Origin: Candidatus Saccharimonadota bacterium
GTDB lineage: Bacteria; Patescibacteriota; Saccharimonadia; Saccharimonadales; UBA4665
Length of the DNA stretch: 53,126 nt
NCBI GenBank assembly: GCA_020428025.1
Contig: JAGQNO010000001.1
Location: forward strand, 1-53,126
Direction of reading: 5' to 3'
Shown here: positions 27,788 to 38,254 of the stretch, piece by piece
Position numbering within the stretch: position 1 is the first letter of the stretch
Layout: every line of letters begins with the position of its first letter
Program-made: the position numbers and the translations under genes
Notes under the pieces: model-generated
What the model was told of the DNA's origin: nothing
The model's database searches: none
The model's input: only the letters and a program-made list of their open reading frames with translations

Positions 27788-28804
27788 GTGGAAGACAAAA
27801 AAAACGCCGATGCCGAACCCGCCGAAGAGTCGCTGGAGCAAGCCGCGACTATTGTTGACGCGCCTGAAACAGACAAGAATGATGGCGACCCCGATGTCAT
27901 TGCCGCCGACAAAAACGTAAAACGCACCGTTGGCAGCCCGCTTAAACCATCGGTAGCCAAGCAGACCCAAAGTTGGCTGTTAAGTCTTAATATTTGGCTG
28001 CTTTTATTTGTCTTTGTGCTAGTAGTGGCGGGCGTGATTGCCTTCTTTAGCTACAGCTACAGCAAGAAAAAATCCGGGAGTGGCGGCACCATTAACACCA
28101 CCACCCTGACTCCGGAAGTCCTCAGCCAGCTCACCAAAAACGATGCCACCGTGGGCTCCAGCGGCCAAGTCCTGTACGTACAAAGTAGCGCCGTTTTTAC
28201 CGGCAAAATCCTAGCCCGATCCGACCTAGAAGTGGCCGGCAACCTGGTTTTGGGTGGACTTCTGAACGTACCCAGCATTAACGTAGCTGGCAATGCTGGC
28301 GTGGGCCAGCTGAACGTCAGCCGCAACATGGCTGTCACCGGTGACACCGCCATTCAGGGCCAAGTCACCATATCTAAAACCCTCCAGGTTGGCGGCAGCG
28401 GCACCTTTACCGGCCCCCTTTCTGCCCCGCAAATCACCGTTGGCTCTTTACAGTTGGGTGGCGATTTAGTCATTAGCCATCATATAACAGCCGGCGGTGG
28501 CACGCCCGGCCGATCCGTTGGCACAGCCCTAGGCAGCGGCGGCACCGCCAGTGTCAGTGGCACGGACACCGCCGGATCAGTCAGTATTAACACCGGCGGC
28601 GGCCCGCCGGCTGGCTGCTTCATAACTGTCAATTTTGTGACTAAATTTAACAGCACGCCTTACGTGCAAGTAACGCCTGTTGGCTCATCGGCCGGTGGTA
28701 TTGCCTATTACGTCACCAAGACAACGGCCGGCTTCAGCATTTGCACGGCGACGGCACCCCCGGCTAACGCTAACTTTGGGTTTGATTACTTTGTGATTAA
28801 CTAA
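27788..28804 (+). CDS. Bitopic membrane protein with external beta-helix-like repeats and a small C-terminal beta-sandwich (possibly lectin-like) domain
   Basis: GTG start, acidic N-terminus, TM WLLSLNIWLLLFVFVLVVAGVIAFF. Repetitive v.G.l.v.G segments (LEVAGNLVLGG, INVAGNAGVGQ, LQVGGSGTFTG, LQLGGDLVIS). The domain assignments are by eye. Confidence 0.6.
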   Translation: MEDKKNADAEPAEESLEQAATIVDAPETDKNDGDPDVIAADKNVKRTVGSPLKPSVAKQTQSWLLSLNIWLLLFVFVLVVAGVIAFFSYSYSKKKSGSGGTINTTTLTPEVLSQLTKNDATVGSSGQVLYVQSSAVFTGKILARSDLEVAGNLVLGGLLNVPSINVAGNAGVGQLNVSRNMAVTGDTAIQGQVTISKTLQVGGSGTFTGPLSAPQITVGSLQLGGDLVISHHITAGGGTPGRSVGTALGSGGTASVSGTDTAGSVSINTGGGPPAGCFITVNFVTKFNSTPYVQVTPVGSSAGGIAYYVTKTTAGFSICTATAPPANANFGFDYFVIN

Positions 28805-29108
28805 CCTCTACGACTGGTGTTCGCACAACTTTTCTGGAAACATACAGCGTTACAAAAAAGTTTACAACCATAGCCCCAACCCAAAAATATACAGCCGGGC
28901 CTAAAGTAACATTGATAGGTTTACCTTCTATTCCAAAAGGCATTTGGTCTACAAAAAACGGAATAAAAGATAATCCAATCGCCAATCCGGCTAAGATAAG
29001 TGCAGTCTTTTTGTTTCGGATCTTAAAACACTCTAACCAACTCAAGGCCATAGCAATATTTGCCCACCAAGCAATTATACCCGGGTGAATTGGCATCCAA
29101 CAAAACAT
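28797..29108 (-). CDS. Hypothetical membrane protein (103 aa, 3 TM)
   Basis: Hydrophobic ORF convergent with 27788-28804. No family recognised. Confidence 0.4.
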   Translation of the reverse strand: MFCWMPIHPGIIAWWANIAMALSWLECFKIRNKKTALILAGLAIGLSFIPFFVDQMPFGIEGKPINVTLGPAVYFWVGAMVVNFFVTLYVSRKVVRTPVVEVS

Positions 29109-29138
29109 GGCACCAGCCAGGGTACCATTGGAATCAAA

Positions 29139-29158
29139 AACAAGAACTTCAGCTTGTT
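29139..29158 (-). terminator. Weak hairpin + T-tract downstream of the ATPase cluster
   Basis: On the minus strand AACAAG-ctgaagtt-CTTGTT followed by TTTGATT, about 60 nt after the epsilon stop. The AT-rich 6-bp stem makes this low confidence. Confidence 0.3.
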
Positions 29159-29217
29159 ATTTTGGGAGGTTGTTGCTTGGGCAAATTTTTTTATGCTTAA
29201 CACTATTTTCTCCTTCA

Positions 29218-29553
29218 CTAAACGTCTAAAAACACCCGCACAGTATCCTGATGCACGTGCAGTAGACCACCGGCAATCCGGATGCGCTTGTTACCGGACG
29301 GCGCCGCCACATGCATCTCACAAGAAGTTAAGAGCGAGATAAAGTTGTGGTGATGCGGCAACACATCAAACGGGCCGGTGGCGTTTTCTGCGGACAGGCT
29401 AAAGGCCTCTTCATTGTAATACACGTGGAAAGGCGAGTAGACTTTTAAGCTCATGACCGGCTTGCCGTCGACCAATTTTTCCTTGGGGGCTTCTGCGGCT
29501 GGCTGGCCGTCGTCTACAATTTGACCGGTGCTGGCGTCCTGTCTTTTTGCCAT
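29218..29553 (-). CDS. atpC: F1 epsilon-like subunit (beta-sandwich only, N-terminal extension, no C-terminal helical hairpin)
   Basis: MSLKVYSPFHVYYNEEAFSLSAENATGPFDVLPHHHNFISLL matches the epsilon pattern (l.v.tP......v..v.....G.fgiLp.H.p.i..L). Position is immediately after beta. Confidence 0.65.
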   Translation of the reverse strand: MAKRQDASTGQIVDDGQPAAEAPKEKLVDGKPVMSLKVYSPFHVYYNEEAFSLSAENATGPFDVLPHHHNFISLLTSCEMHVAAPSGNKRIRIAGGLLHVHQDTVRVFLDV

Positions 29554-29555
29554 CT

Positions 29556-31716
<2,161 letters not shown>

Positions 31717-31720
<4 letters not shown>

Positions 31721-33297
31721 GCTTTTGGCTCCTCTTCTTTTTCTGGTGCGGCCTCTTCAGTTGGCGCCTCCTGTGCTGGGGCCTCTGGCGCGGCCGATGC
31801 TTCTTCTGGTGCGTCCGTAGCCGGTTTTTCTGCCGGTTCTGGCACTTTTAGGTTACCAGTGTCTGCGCCGCCCATAAGCTGAACTTTAGCCTTTTCCCGC
31901 AGTTGGTCACGCACTAGGTCGTAGTTGCCTTCATCGTCCTGCACCTCTTTAGCCGATTCATGCACGTGCTCTTTGAGCGACTTAATATCCACCACTTCTT
32001 CTGGTGGCGTGTTCATAATTATGTCCAACATGAGCACTTGTTCTATAGGGGTATACGTCTCATTAGGGGCCTGGCTCATGAGCTCATACAGCTTTTTACC
32101 AAGCTGCAAGTCGCGCTGCGCTTCTAGGGCCATTTCTGAACCAAAGTGCGCAAATTCTTCTGCCGCGCGGTAACCGTTTAAGGTCTTAATCAGCTGCGCG
32201 GCCAGCTCTTTCTGCCGCTTGTTTAGGCCAAGACCACCAACACGAGTCACAGACAAACCAGTGCTGACGCCGGGGCGCATGGTATCTTTAAACACCTTGG
32301 TGTCCAAAATCCACTGACCGTCTGTAATGGACATGATGTTAGTGGGCAGATATGCCGTGATGTCACCGCCGGGCGTCAGTACTAGTGGCAGGCTGGTGAG
32401 GGTTTTACTGTTAGACTTAAGCCGTCCGGCACGCTCCAAGAGGCTGGAGTGCTGGAAAAACATGTCACCTGGGTAGCTATCGCGGCCCGGGCTAGAGCCG
32501 GAAAGCAGCGCGATTTCCCGGTAGGCGTGGGCGTGACTGGTTAAATCGTCATAAATAATTAGAGTGTCTGTGTCGCATTTTTGCCAGAGATATTCTGCCA
32601 TAGAGCAGGCCACGTAGGGCGCTAAATAGCTCATGACCAACGATTCAAAGACGGTAGACACCACCACAATGGCTTTTTCTATGGCGCCGGTTTCTGTTAG
32701 CTTGGTTAGCACAGCATCGATGTCCGCGCGGCGCTTGGCCACCATGACATAGACCACCGTAATATCGGTTTCTTTCTGGTTGAGCAGCATCTGCATAGCC
32801 AGGGTGGTTTTACCAACTTTACTGTCGCCCAAAACCGCAAGACGCTGGCCGCGCACAAGGGGGAATAATTCATCTAAAACGGTTAAGCCGGTGGGTAACT
32901 GCGTGCTTAGGGCTTGACGTTTGGCAATACCAGGCGCGGCGTTAAAGACCGGCCAAACGGCGTCGGGCGCAATGGGCCCTTTGCCATCCAGCGGGTCGCC
33001 CATAACAGATACCACACGGCCCACAAAGCCCTTGCCTACTTTACACAAAAGCTCCTGATGCTGAACCACGGCCATCATGCCATTTTGCAGCGTTTCTGCG
33101 CCTAGGTGCAGCACGTACACGGTGGTGTTATCTACATGGTGCACAAAACCTTTGCTGCCATCTTCAAACATAATTAGCGCGTGAATATTGACCGGGTGCA
33201 GGCCGTTAACCTTAACAATAAAGGTGTCGACGCCAACAACTTCGCCCACAGGATTGCCGGCTTCTACCAACTTGTCAAAATGTCGATTATCGCTCAT
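31717..33297 (-). CDS. atpA: F1 alpha-like subunit, divergent, with about 50-aa Pro/Ala/Glu-rich C-terminal tail
   Basis: Walker [69 protein letters not shown] (Arg-finger context). The tail is [41 protein letters not shown]. Confidence 0.85.
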
Positions 33298-33812
33298 GCC
33301 TTGGGCGCCTCCTGCTTTGCGTGCAGACCCTCTATAAGCAGGTGCTTGTTATCGCGCAGCGAATTTTTGAGGCTAAAATCATACAATTTACTGGTGGTGC
33401 GCAGCGTGCAGCCCGCGGCAATACTGGGCTGCAGACCCACTTTAATCAGGAGCATAGGATGGATATTAGTGCGCAGCCAGGTGACAATTTTATTCATAAA
33501 AAGGCTGGACGGGTCAGCCGCAAAACTCATGGCCACAGCGGGCGCTTTGGTAAGCAAGGTGTCTAAATGCTTCAATAGCGCCTCTTGACCCTCTTGCTTG
33601 GCTAGATCGCAGCCGTAGCCGTTGGCTAGCTCTGCTAAGACTTTGCCCACCTTAGGTGTTTCTGTGGCTACACCAGCTTTGGTTTTTAGGCGGGCCGCGG
33701 TAGCAAGTTCTATGTGACGCTCTAGGGCGCGCTTAAGCCGCGCCACATCCCCCGGTGACACCACGCTCACAGGTAGGATTGCTTTAGGCTCCACGCCGCA
33801 CGTCCTCGGCAA
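33294..33812 (-). CDS. atpH: F1 delta/OSCP-like subunit (true start may be an internal GTG near 33794)
   Basis: C-terminal half [13 protein letters not shown]...[32 protein letters not shown] fits the delta pattern (v.sa..l......i.........v....vdp.liGG..v..g....D.S....L). Position is between b-like and alpha. Confidence 0.6.
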   Translation of the reverse strand: MPRTCGVEPKAILPVSVVSPGDVARLKRALERHIELATAARLKTKAGVATETPKVGKVLAELANGYGCDLAKQEGQEALLKHLDTLLTKAPAVAMSFAADPSSLFMNKIVTWLRTNIHPMLLIKVGLQPSIAAGCTLRTTSKLYDFSLKNSLRDNKHLLIEGLHAKQEAPKA

Positions 33813-34326
33813 TGGCCTCTTTGTTAGCGCTTAGTTCGCCAATTATGTATTCTAACTGGTCAGATAAATCGATTTGATTCCCAATAGCAGCCAAGATGTA
33901 GTGGTTGACGATTTCTGCCATGTCGTCCTCAAAGCGCATGATCATCTGCTGCTTCTCTGCCTGCAGCTGAGCAGAAAGTTCCGCGGATAGGGCCTGACGC
34001 TGCTCCTCAATAACCTGATTGGTCTTTTCTATGCTATCTATGGCCAGGTTTTTGGCATCCATAATGGACTGCTCGTATTTGGCAAATTCTTCCTGCAACT
34101 TCTTGGTGATTTCTGTCTTCATGTACTCGTTTAACTGGCTAGTGGTTAAACGAAGGTCTTGCTGCAGGAACATAGCGTTCTCACCAATAATTTTCTCAAA
34201 GTGCAGACGACCGCGGTTTCTAAGCTCTTCCCGGAACTGATCATCAAAAATATGCTCGGCATTCATTTTTGCCGCTTCGTCAAGCTGCTGATCGGCTGAT
34301 TTTACTGGTTTTTTCTTTCCAAACAT
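33784..34326 (-). CDS. Coiled-coil stalk protein in the subunit-b position but with no transmembrane segment
   Basis: 180 aa, entirely hydrophilic and heptad-like (EEQRQALSAELSAQLQAEKQQMI). Synteny with atpF. No hydrophobic N-terminus. Confidence 0.5.
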   Translation of the reverse strand: MFGKKKPVKSADQQLDEAAKMNAEHIFDDQFREELRNRGRLHFEKIIGENAMFLQQDLRLTTSQLNEYMKTEITKKLQEEFAKYEQSIMDAKNLAIDSIEKTNQVIEEQRQALSAELSAQLQAEKQQMIMRFEDDMAEIVNHYILAAIGNQIDLSDQLEYIIGELSANKEAIAEDVRRGA

Positions 34327-34344
34327 GTCCCCACCAATTCTTCT

Positions 34345-35214
34345 TTATAATTTTAGCACTAAATAGACGGCGACTAAACAGCCGATAAAAATGAGCAGGC
34401 CGGTAATGACTACTTGGATCATGTTGCGCATAATCGATTGCTTGGCCAGCGGGTTTCTACCAATCGCCATCATGCCGCTCTGGATACCACCGTACATCAG
34501 GGCTGCAGTAATGCCAAAGCCAGCAAGCATAATGGCAATGCTGACGTAGAGCTGGCTGGCGTTAATTGGCTTACCAACAACGCTTATGGCTGCTTTTTGC
34601 ACAAACTGCGGCACGCCGCTACTGTTGGTGACCAGTAGCGGGTTTTTGGCCACGCCGATGTCTACCTGGACGCTACCAATTGCAGCTTGGATTTCTGCAC
34701 CTTTACTGGTTTTTAGCTTGGCTACAGAGGCCACATTGTTCTTGCCGTCAAAGGTGCCTACGGCGCGGCCTAGGATTGTAGCCTGACTTGTATCGGCTTT
34801 CATGCCAATTCCGCTGATGGCCGATACGCTTATGGGGTCGCCCGCACCAATACTACCGTTTTGATTACTAACCAAGACGTAATAGCGGCCACTCGTAACC
34901 ACATATACCTGATTACCCGCGGCCGTAGCCGGATCCGTGCTAGAGAGGCTAACCGCCGCACTATTAGGTGCCACCACCACTCCAAATAACTTCTTAGAGT
35001 CTGCATAAGTGGCAAGCGCGACGCTGCCTTGCTTCTTGGTGTCCGGCTGGACAATAAAGCCCGGCCGCAGCGTTTCCGATGCCTTGTATGCCTGAGCCAC
35101 GGACTGCAGACTAGAGGCGTTGGTGTTGGTTTGCTTATCTGCCGCTAAAACCGTTGCCGGCATTAGCAGCAAAACCACCCCTGTTATTACCGACCATGCA
35201 GCGCGGCGTATCAT
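34345..35214 (-). CDS. Signal-peptide protein with about 200-aa external domain fused to a C-terminal c-subunit-like helical hairpin lacking the ion-binding carboxylate
   Basis: Signal peptide MIRRAAWSVITGVVLLLMPATVLA. C-terminal LAGFGITAALMYGGIQSGMMAIGRNPLAKQSIMRNMIQVVITGLLIFIGCLVAVYLVLKL resembles the c-subunit TM1, ARQP-type loop and TM2. No D/E in either helix. Confidence 0.5.
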   Translation of the reverse strand: MIRRAAWSVITGVVLLLMPATVLAADKQTNTNASSLQSVAQAYKASETLRPGFIVQPDTKKQGSVALATYADSKKLFGVVVAPNSAAVSLSSTDPATAAGNQVYVVTSGRYYVLVSNQNGSIGAGDPISVSAISGIGMKADTSQATILGRAVGTFDGKNNVASVAKLKTSKGAEIQAAIGSVQVDIGVAKNPLLVTNSSGVPQFVQKAAISVVGKPINASQLYVSIAIMLAGFGITAALMYGGIQSGMMAIGRNPLAKQSIMRNMIQVVITGLLIFIGCLVAVYLVLKL

Positions 35215-35234
35215 ACTACCCTTAAGTATAACCG

Positions 35235-36380
35235 TTATGACAGTAGTTTTACTAGTGTTTTCAGAAGCTTTGTAAGCTCGACACCCGTGGTGGTCTTGCC
35301 CATGGTAAATCTAAGGCTGGCCTGAGCATCCTGGTCAGACAATCCCATAGCCTTGAGTACATGCGACGGCACGCCTTTTTGCGCACTACAGGCCGACCCT
35401 GCTGCTGCCAAAATCCCCGCCATCTCTAGCTGAATGAGCAGCCGTTCATTATCTGCGCCCGGAAACGTTATATGTAGATTATTGGGTAGCCGCTGACTGT
35501 TGGAGCCGTTGAGCCGCCACACTTCTGGAAGTTGCTGCAAAAAATCTTGCTGGATTGTTTGTAGCCGTTTACCCTCTTGATGACGCTTGGTTTGTACCAG
35601 TTGCAGCGCCTTGGCAAAGCCCACACAGGCCGCCACATTTTCTGTGCCACTGCGCAAGTTGTATTCCTGCCCGCCGCCGTTTATTTGCGGCTGCAGCTTG
35701 AGACCGCCCTTTACGTACAAAATACCGCTCTGCTTAGGACCGTATATTTTGCCGCCGTTGAGGGTCATAAGATCAACCCCCAGGCGGGCCACATTTAGAT
35801 CTAGGTAGGCGGCCGCCTGGCAGGCATCGGTATGAAAATACAGGGGCAGTGGGTTATTCTTTTGCTGTCTTTCTAGATTAAGCCTCTTAATCAGCTGGCC
35901 AATTTTGGTGATTGGCTGCAAACTGCCGACCTCATTGTTGGCGTACATAACGCTAACCAGCACCGTTTGATCGTTGATTGCTTTCTGTAGCTTCTCTAGG
36001 ACTACAATACCATCTGGTCCAACTGGTGCCAGCTGGTGTGCATACTGCTGCGCTGGCGCCAACACGGCCTCGTGCTCCACGCCGCTAACCACCACATTGG
36101 CGCCTGGATACTGCTGCATAATGCCGTGAACAGCCAGGTTGCACGATTCCGTGCCGCCCGCAGTAAAGATAATTTCTGGCCCGCGTGCGCCCAGTACTTT
36201 GGCAATATCTGCCCGCGCCTGCTCTAAAGCCTGCTTAACGGTTTGCGCTGGCAAATAGGTGGCAGAAGGATTATAAAACTGTTCCTGCCAAAACGGCTGC
36301 ATGGCCTGCAGAACCGCTGGGTCTAGCGGCGTGGCAGCGGCGTGATCTAGGTAGATTGGCTTAGGCATGGCTGGCGGCAA
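35235..36380 (-). CDS. Cysteine desulfurase (class V aminotransferase, NifS/IscS-like)
   Basis: IYLDHAAATP N-terminus, PLP-Lys context NGGKIYGPKQSGILYV, active-site AAGSACSA. Confidence 0.85.
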   Translation of the reverse strand: MPPAMPKPIYLDHAAATPLDPAVLQAMQPFWQEQFYNPSATYLPAQTVKQALEQARADIAKVLGARGPEIIFTAGGTESCNLAVHGIMQQYPGANVVVSGVEHEAVLAPAQQYAHQLAPVGPDGIVVLEKLQKAINDQTVLVSVMYANNEVGSLQPITKIGQLIKRLNLERQQKNNPLPLYFHTDACQAAAYLDLNVARLGVDLMTLNGGKIYGPKQSGILYVKGGLKLQPQINGGGQEYNLRSGTENVAACVGFAKALQLVQTKRHQEGKRLQTIQQDFLQQLPEVWRLNGSNSQRLPNNLHITFPGADNERLLIQLEMAGILAAAGSACSAQKGVPSHVLKAMGLSDQDAQASLRFTMGKTTTGVELTKLLKTLVKLLS

Positions 36381-36723
36381 GCTCTGCGCGCAGCTTATCG
36401 CAGTACATGGTTACGGCTTGGTAGAAGTTGCGGAGCTCATCCCCCTGCACCAGTTGGTAGGAGTGTTTGCCTTGGGATTTTAGTATGCCTTGGGGGCGGA
36501 CATCGTACCGGGTGGTCACCACATGATTTTTGCCGGCGCTGTCCAGCCATTCCTCATGCCAGACCCAAGAACTGCGGTCTAGGCAAAAGAATTCGCGGCG
36601 ATGGCCTTTAGGAATTGGTCCAAACAGTTTGCCGCCCATGACTGCATTTTCTCGCATTGTTTTACGATACAAGGCTTCGCGGCGCTGGTCATTAGATTGA
36701 GGCAGTAGCTTAGGCAGGAACAC
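36361..36723 (-). CDS. Hypothetical protein (120 aa)
   Basis: ORF overlapping both neighbours (20 nt and 14 nt) inside a co-directional gene train. No family recognised. Confidence 0.45.
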   Translation of the reverse strand: MFLPKLLPQSNDQRREALYRKTMRENAVMGGKLFGPIPKGHRREFFCLDRSSWVWHEEWLDSAGKNHVVTTRYDVRPQGILKSQGKHSYQLVQGDELRNFYQAVTMYCDKLRAELAASHA

Positions 36724-37072
36724 GTAGAGCCTCCTCTATATTAGCTCTGGCATCCAATTCCATCTGAGTTGGTGGAACTTGATATGACGGAGCTGATTCT
36801 ATAGGAATAACTGTAGCGTCTAAATCTGACTCATGGGCCCTAGCGGTTTCTGCGGCTAGTGTAGCGGCATGCAAATCTCGCTCTTGCTGGGTGGAAGTTA
36901 GGCTCTTCAGTATATTAGGTGCAACATGTTGCAACTTAGAAAGGATATCACTATGGCTAGCATCGGCAATGGCCAGCAGTTCTGCCTTTAAAGTCTGCTC
37001 TGCAGAAAAAGGCGCGTTAACGCTTTCTTTTCCCTTAAGGCCAAATCCGGTAAGTCTTCCAAAACTACTCAT
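36710..37072 (-). CDS. Hypothetical protein (120 aa)
   Basis: ORF 20 nt downstream of tatD and overlapping the next ORF. No family recognised. Confidence 0.4.
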   Translation of the reverse strand: MSSFGRLTGFGLKGKESVNAPFSAEQTLKAELLAIADASHSDILSKLQHVAPNILKSLTSTQQERDLHAATLAAETARAHESDLDATVIPIESAPSYQVPPTQMELDARANIEEALRVPA

Positions 37073-37092
37073 AGCAAAAACTAATTATACAC

Positions 37093-37908
37093 CTATATGT
37101 CAAACAATTGTGCGGCATTTTTTGTAGTTTGGGCAGCAAGCTGCTTATGGTCGATGCCTTTTAGCTCGGCTAAAAACTCGCAAATGCGCACTATTTGTTT
37201 TGGCTCGTTTATTTTACCACGATTTGGGGTTGGAGTCAAGAATGGCGCGTCAGTTTCAAGGAGTAAATGCTCCGGCGGAATGGATTTGTACATGTCGATT
37301 TGCTCTTTGGACTTGGCAAACGTTGCAATGCCGTTTACCCCTATAAATAGCCCCCGCTGCAGCGCCTTGTCTAAATTGGCCTTACTGTCCGTAAAACTGT
37401 GCAAAACACCGCGGACAGGAGTGTTGTCATAGATTGGCCAAAAATCGTCAAAGGCCTCCCGCACATGGAAAATGATTGGCAAATCTGCCTCTTTAGCCAG
37501 CTGAAGCTGAAATTCCAGCACTTTGACCTGATCTGCTTTGGGCGAATGGTTGTAGTAATAGTCCAGGCCGCACTCGCCTATTGCCACGACTTTTGGCTGA
37601 TGGACTAGCGCCGCAAGCTTTGGATAATTACTCTTGTGGGCACGCATCTCTGCGGCCTCATGCGGGTGCACGCCAATACTGGCCCAGCATTCAGGCTTAT
37701 CCTGTACAAACTGTACGGCCAGCTCACTGTCCGCAAAGTCGCACCCCACGCAAATCATTTTGCTCACGCCAGCCTCCTGGGCATTTTGCAATACCTGACT
37801 CACATTTAGGTCAGATTTAGCCCAGAGCTCGCGCGTGGTGCGCTCACCGCTGGCCATGCCTATGGATTGAATATGACAGTGGGTATCAACTAACATCGGC
37901 AATAACAC
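37093..37908 (-). CDS. tatD: TatD-family metal-dependent DNase/hydrolase
   Basis: VDTHCH N-terminal metal motif, IGECGLDYY, HVREA, LHSF, ETDAPFL. Confidence 0.9.
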   Translation of the reverse strand: MLLPMLVDTHCHIQSIGMASGERTTRELWAKSDLNVSQVLQNAQEAGVSKMICVGCDFADSELAVQFVQDKPECWASIGVHPHEAAEMRAHKSNYPKLAALVHQPKVVAIGECGLDYYYNHSPKADQVKVLEFQLQLAKEADLPIIFHVREAFDDFWPIYDNTPVRGVLHSFTDSKANLDKALQRGLFIGVNGIATFAKSKEQIDMYKSIPPEHLLLETDAPFLTPTPNRGKINEPKQIVRICEFLAELKGIDHKQLAAQTTKNAAQLFDI

Positions 37909-38215
37909 GAACTATTCTTGGTCCTGAAGTGGCTACACCAACAGTCGTGGAAAATGGAATAGGCCGCTCAGATTGAACTTGCGTGGCAAGTTCAATTTGG
38001 TCGTCCTCTAGTTTAACATTTTCTACCAAAACGCAGAGGACTCCTTGCGGCTCATCGTCTCCAAAAACACCGTCTATCAACACTCTTCGGCCGATAAATT
38101 GAGCAGCCGCGTGCAGTCTTTTGTCTGGCTCGCCCTCTATGTTTTCTGCGTGCCTGAAAACTGCATCGTTCCAGTTTGCCAATATATCTACTGCTTCTTG
38201 CTTTGAAGTTTTCAT
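37886..38215 (-). CDS. Hypothetical protein (109 aa)
   Basis: ORF between metG and tatD, overlapping the tatD start by 23 nt. No family recognised. Confidence 0.4.
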   Translation of the reverse strand: MKTSKQEAVDILANWNDAVFRHAENIEGEPDKRLHAAAQFIGRRVLIDGVFGDDEPQGVLCVLVENVKLEDDQIELATQVQSERPIPFSTTVGVATSGPRIVRVIADVS

Positions 38216-38254
38216 AGATAGCTACTATACTCCCCCTGTCTTAGAAATAAAATC

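Noticed and set aside
21072-28804. Diversity-generating retroelement or phase-variation system acting on the surface proteins
   Set aside because: No reverse transcriptase, Avd-like gene, template/variable repeat pair, invertase or long inverted repeats are visible in or around the locus.
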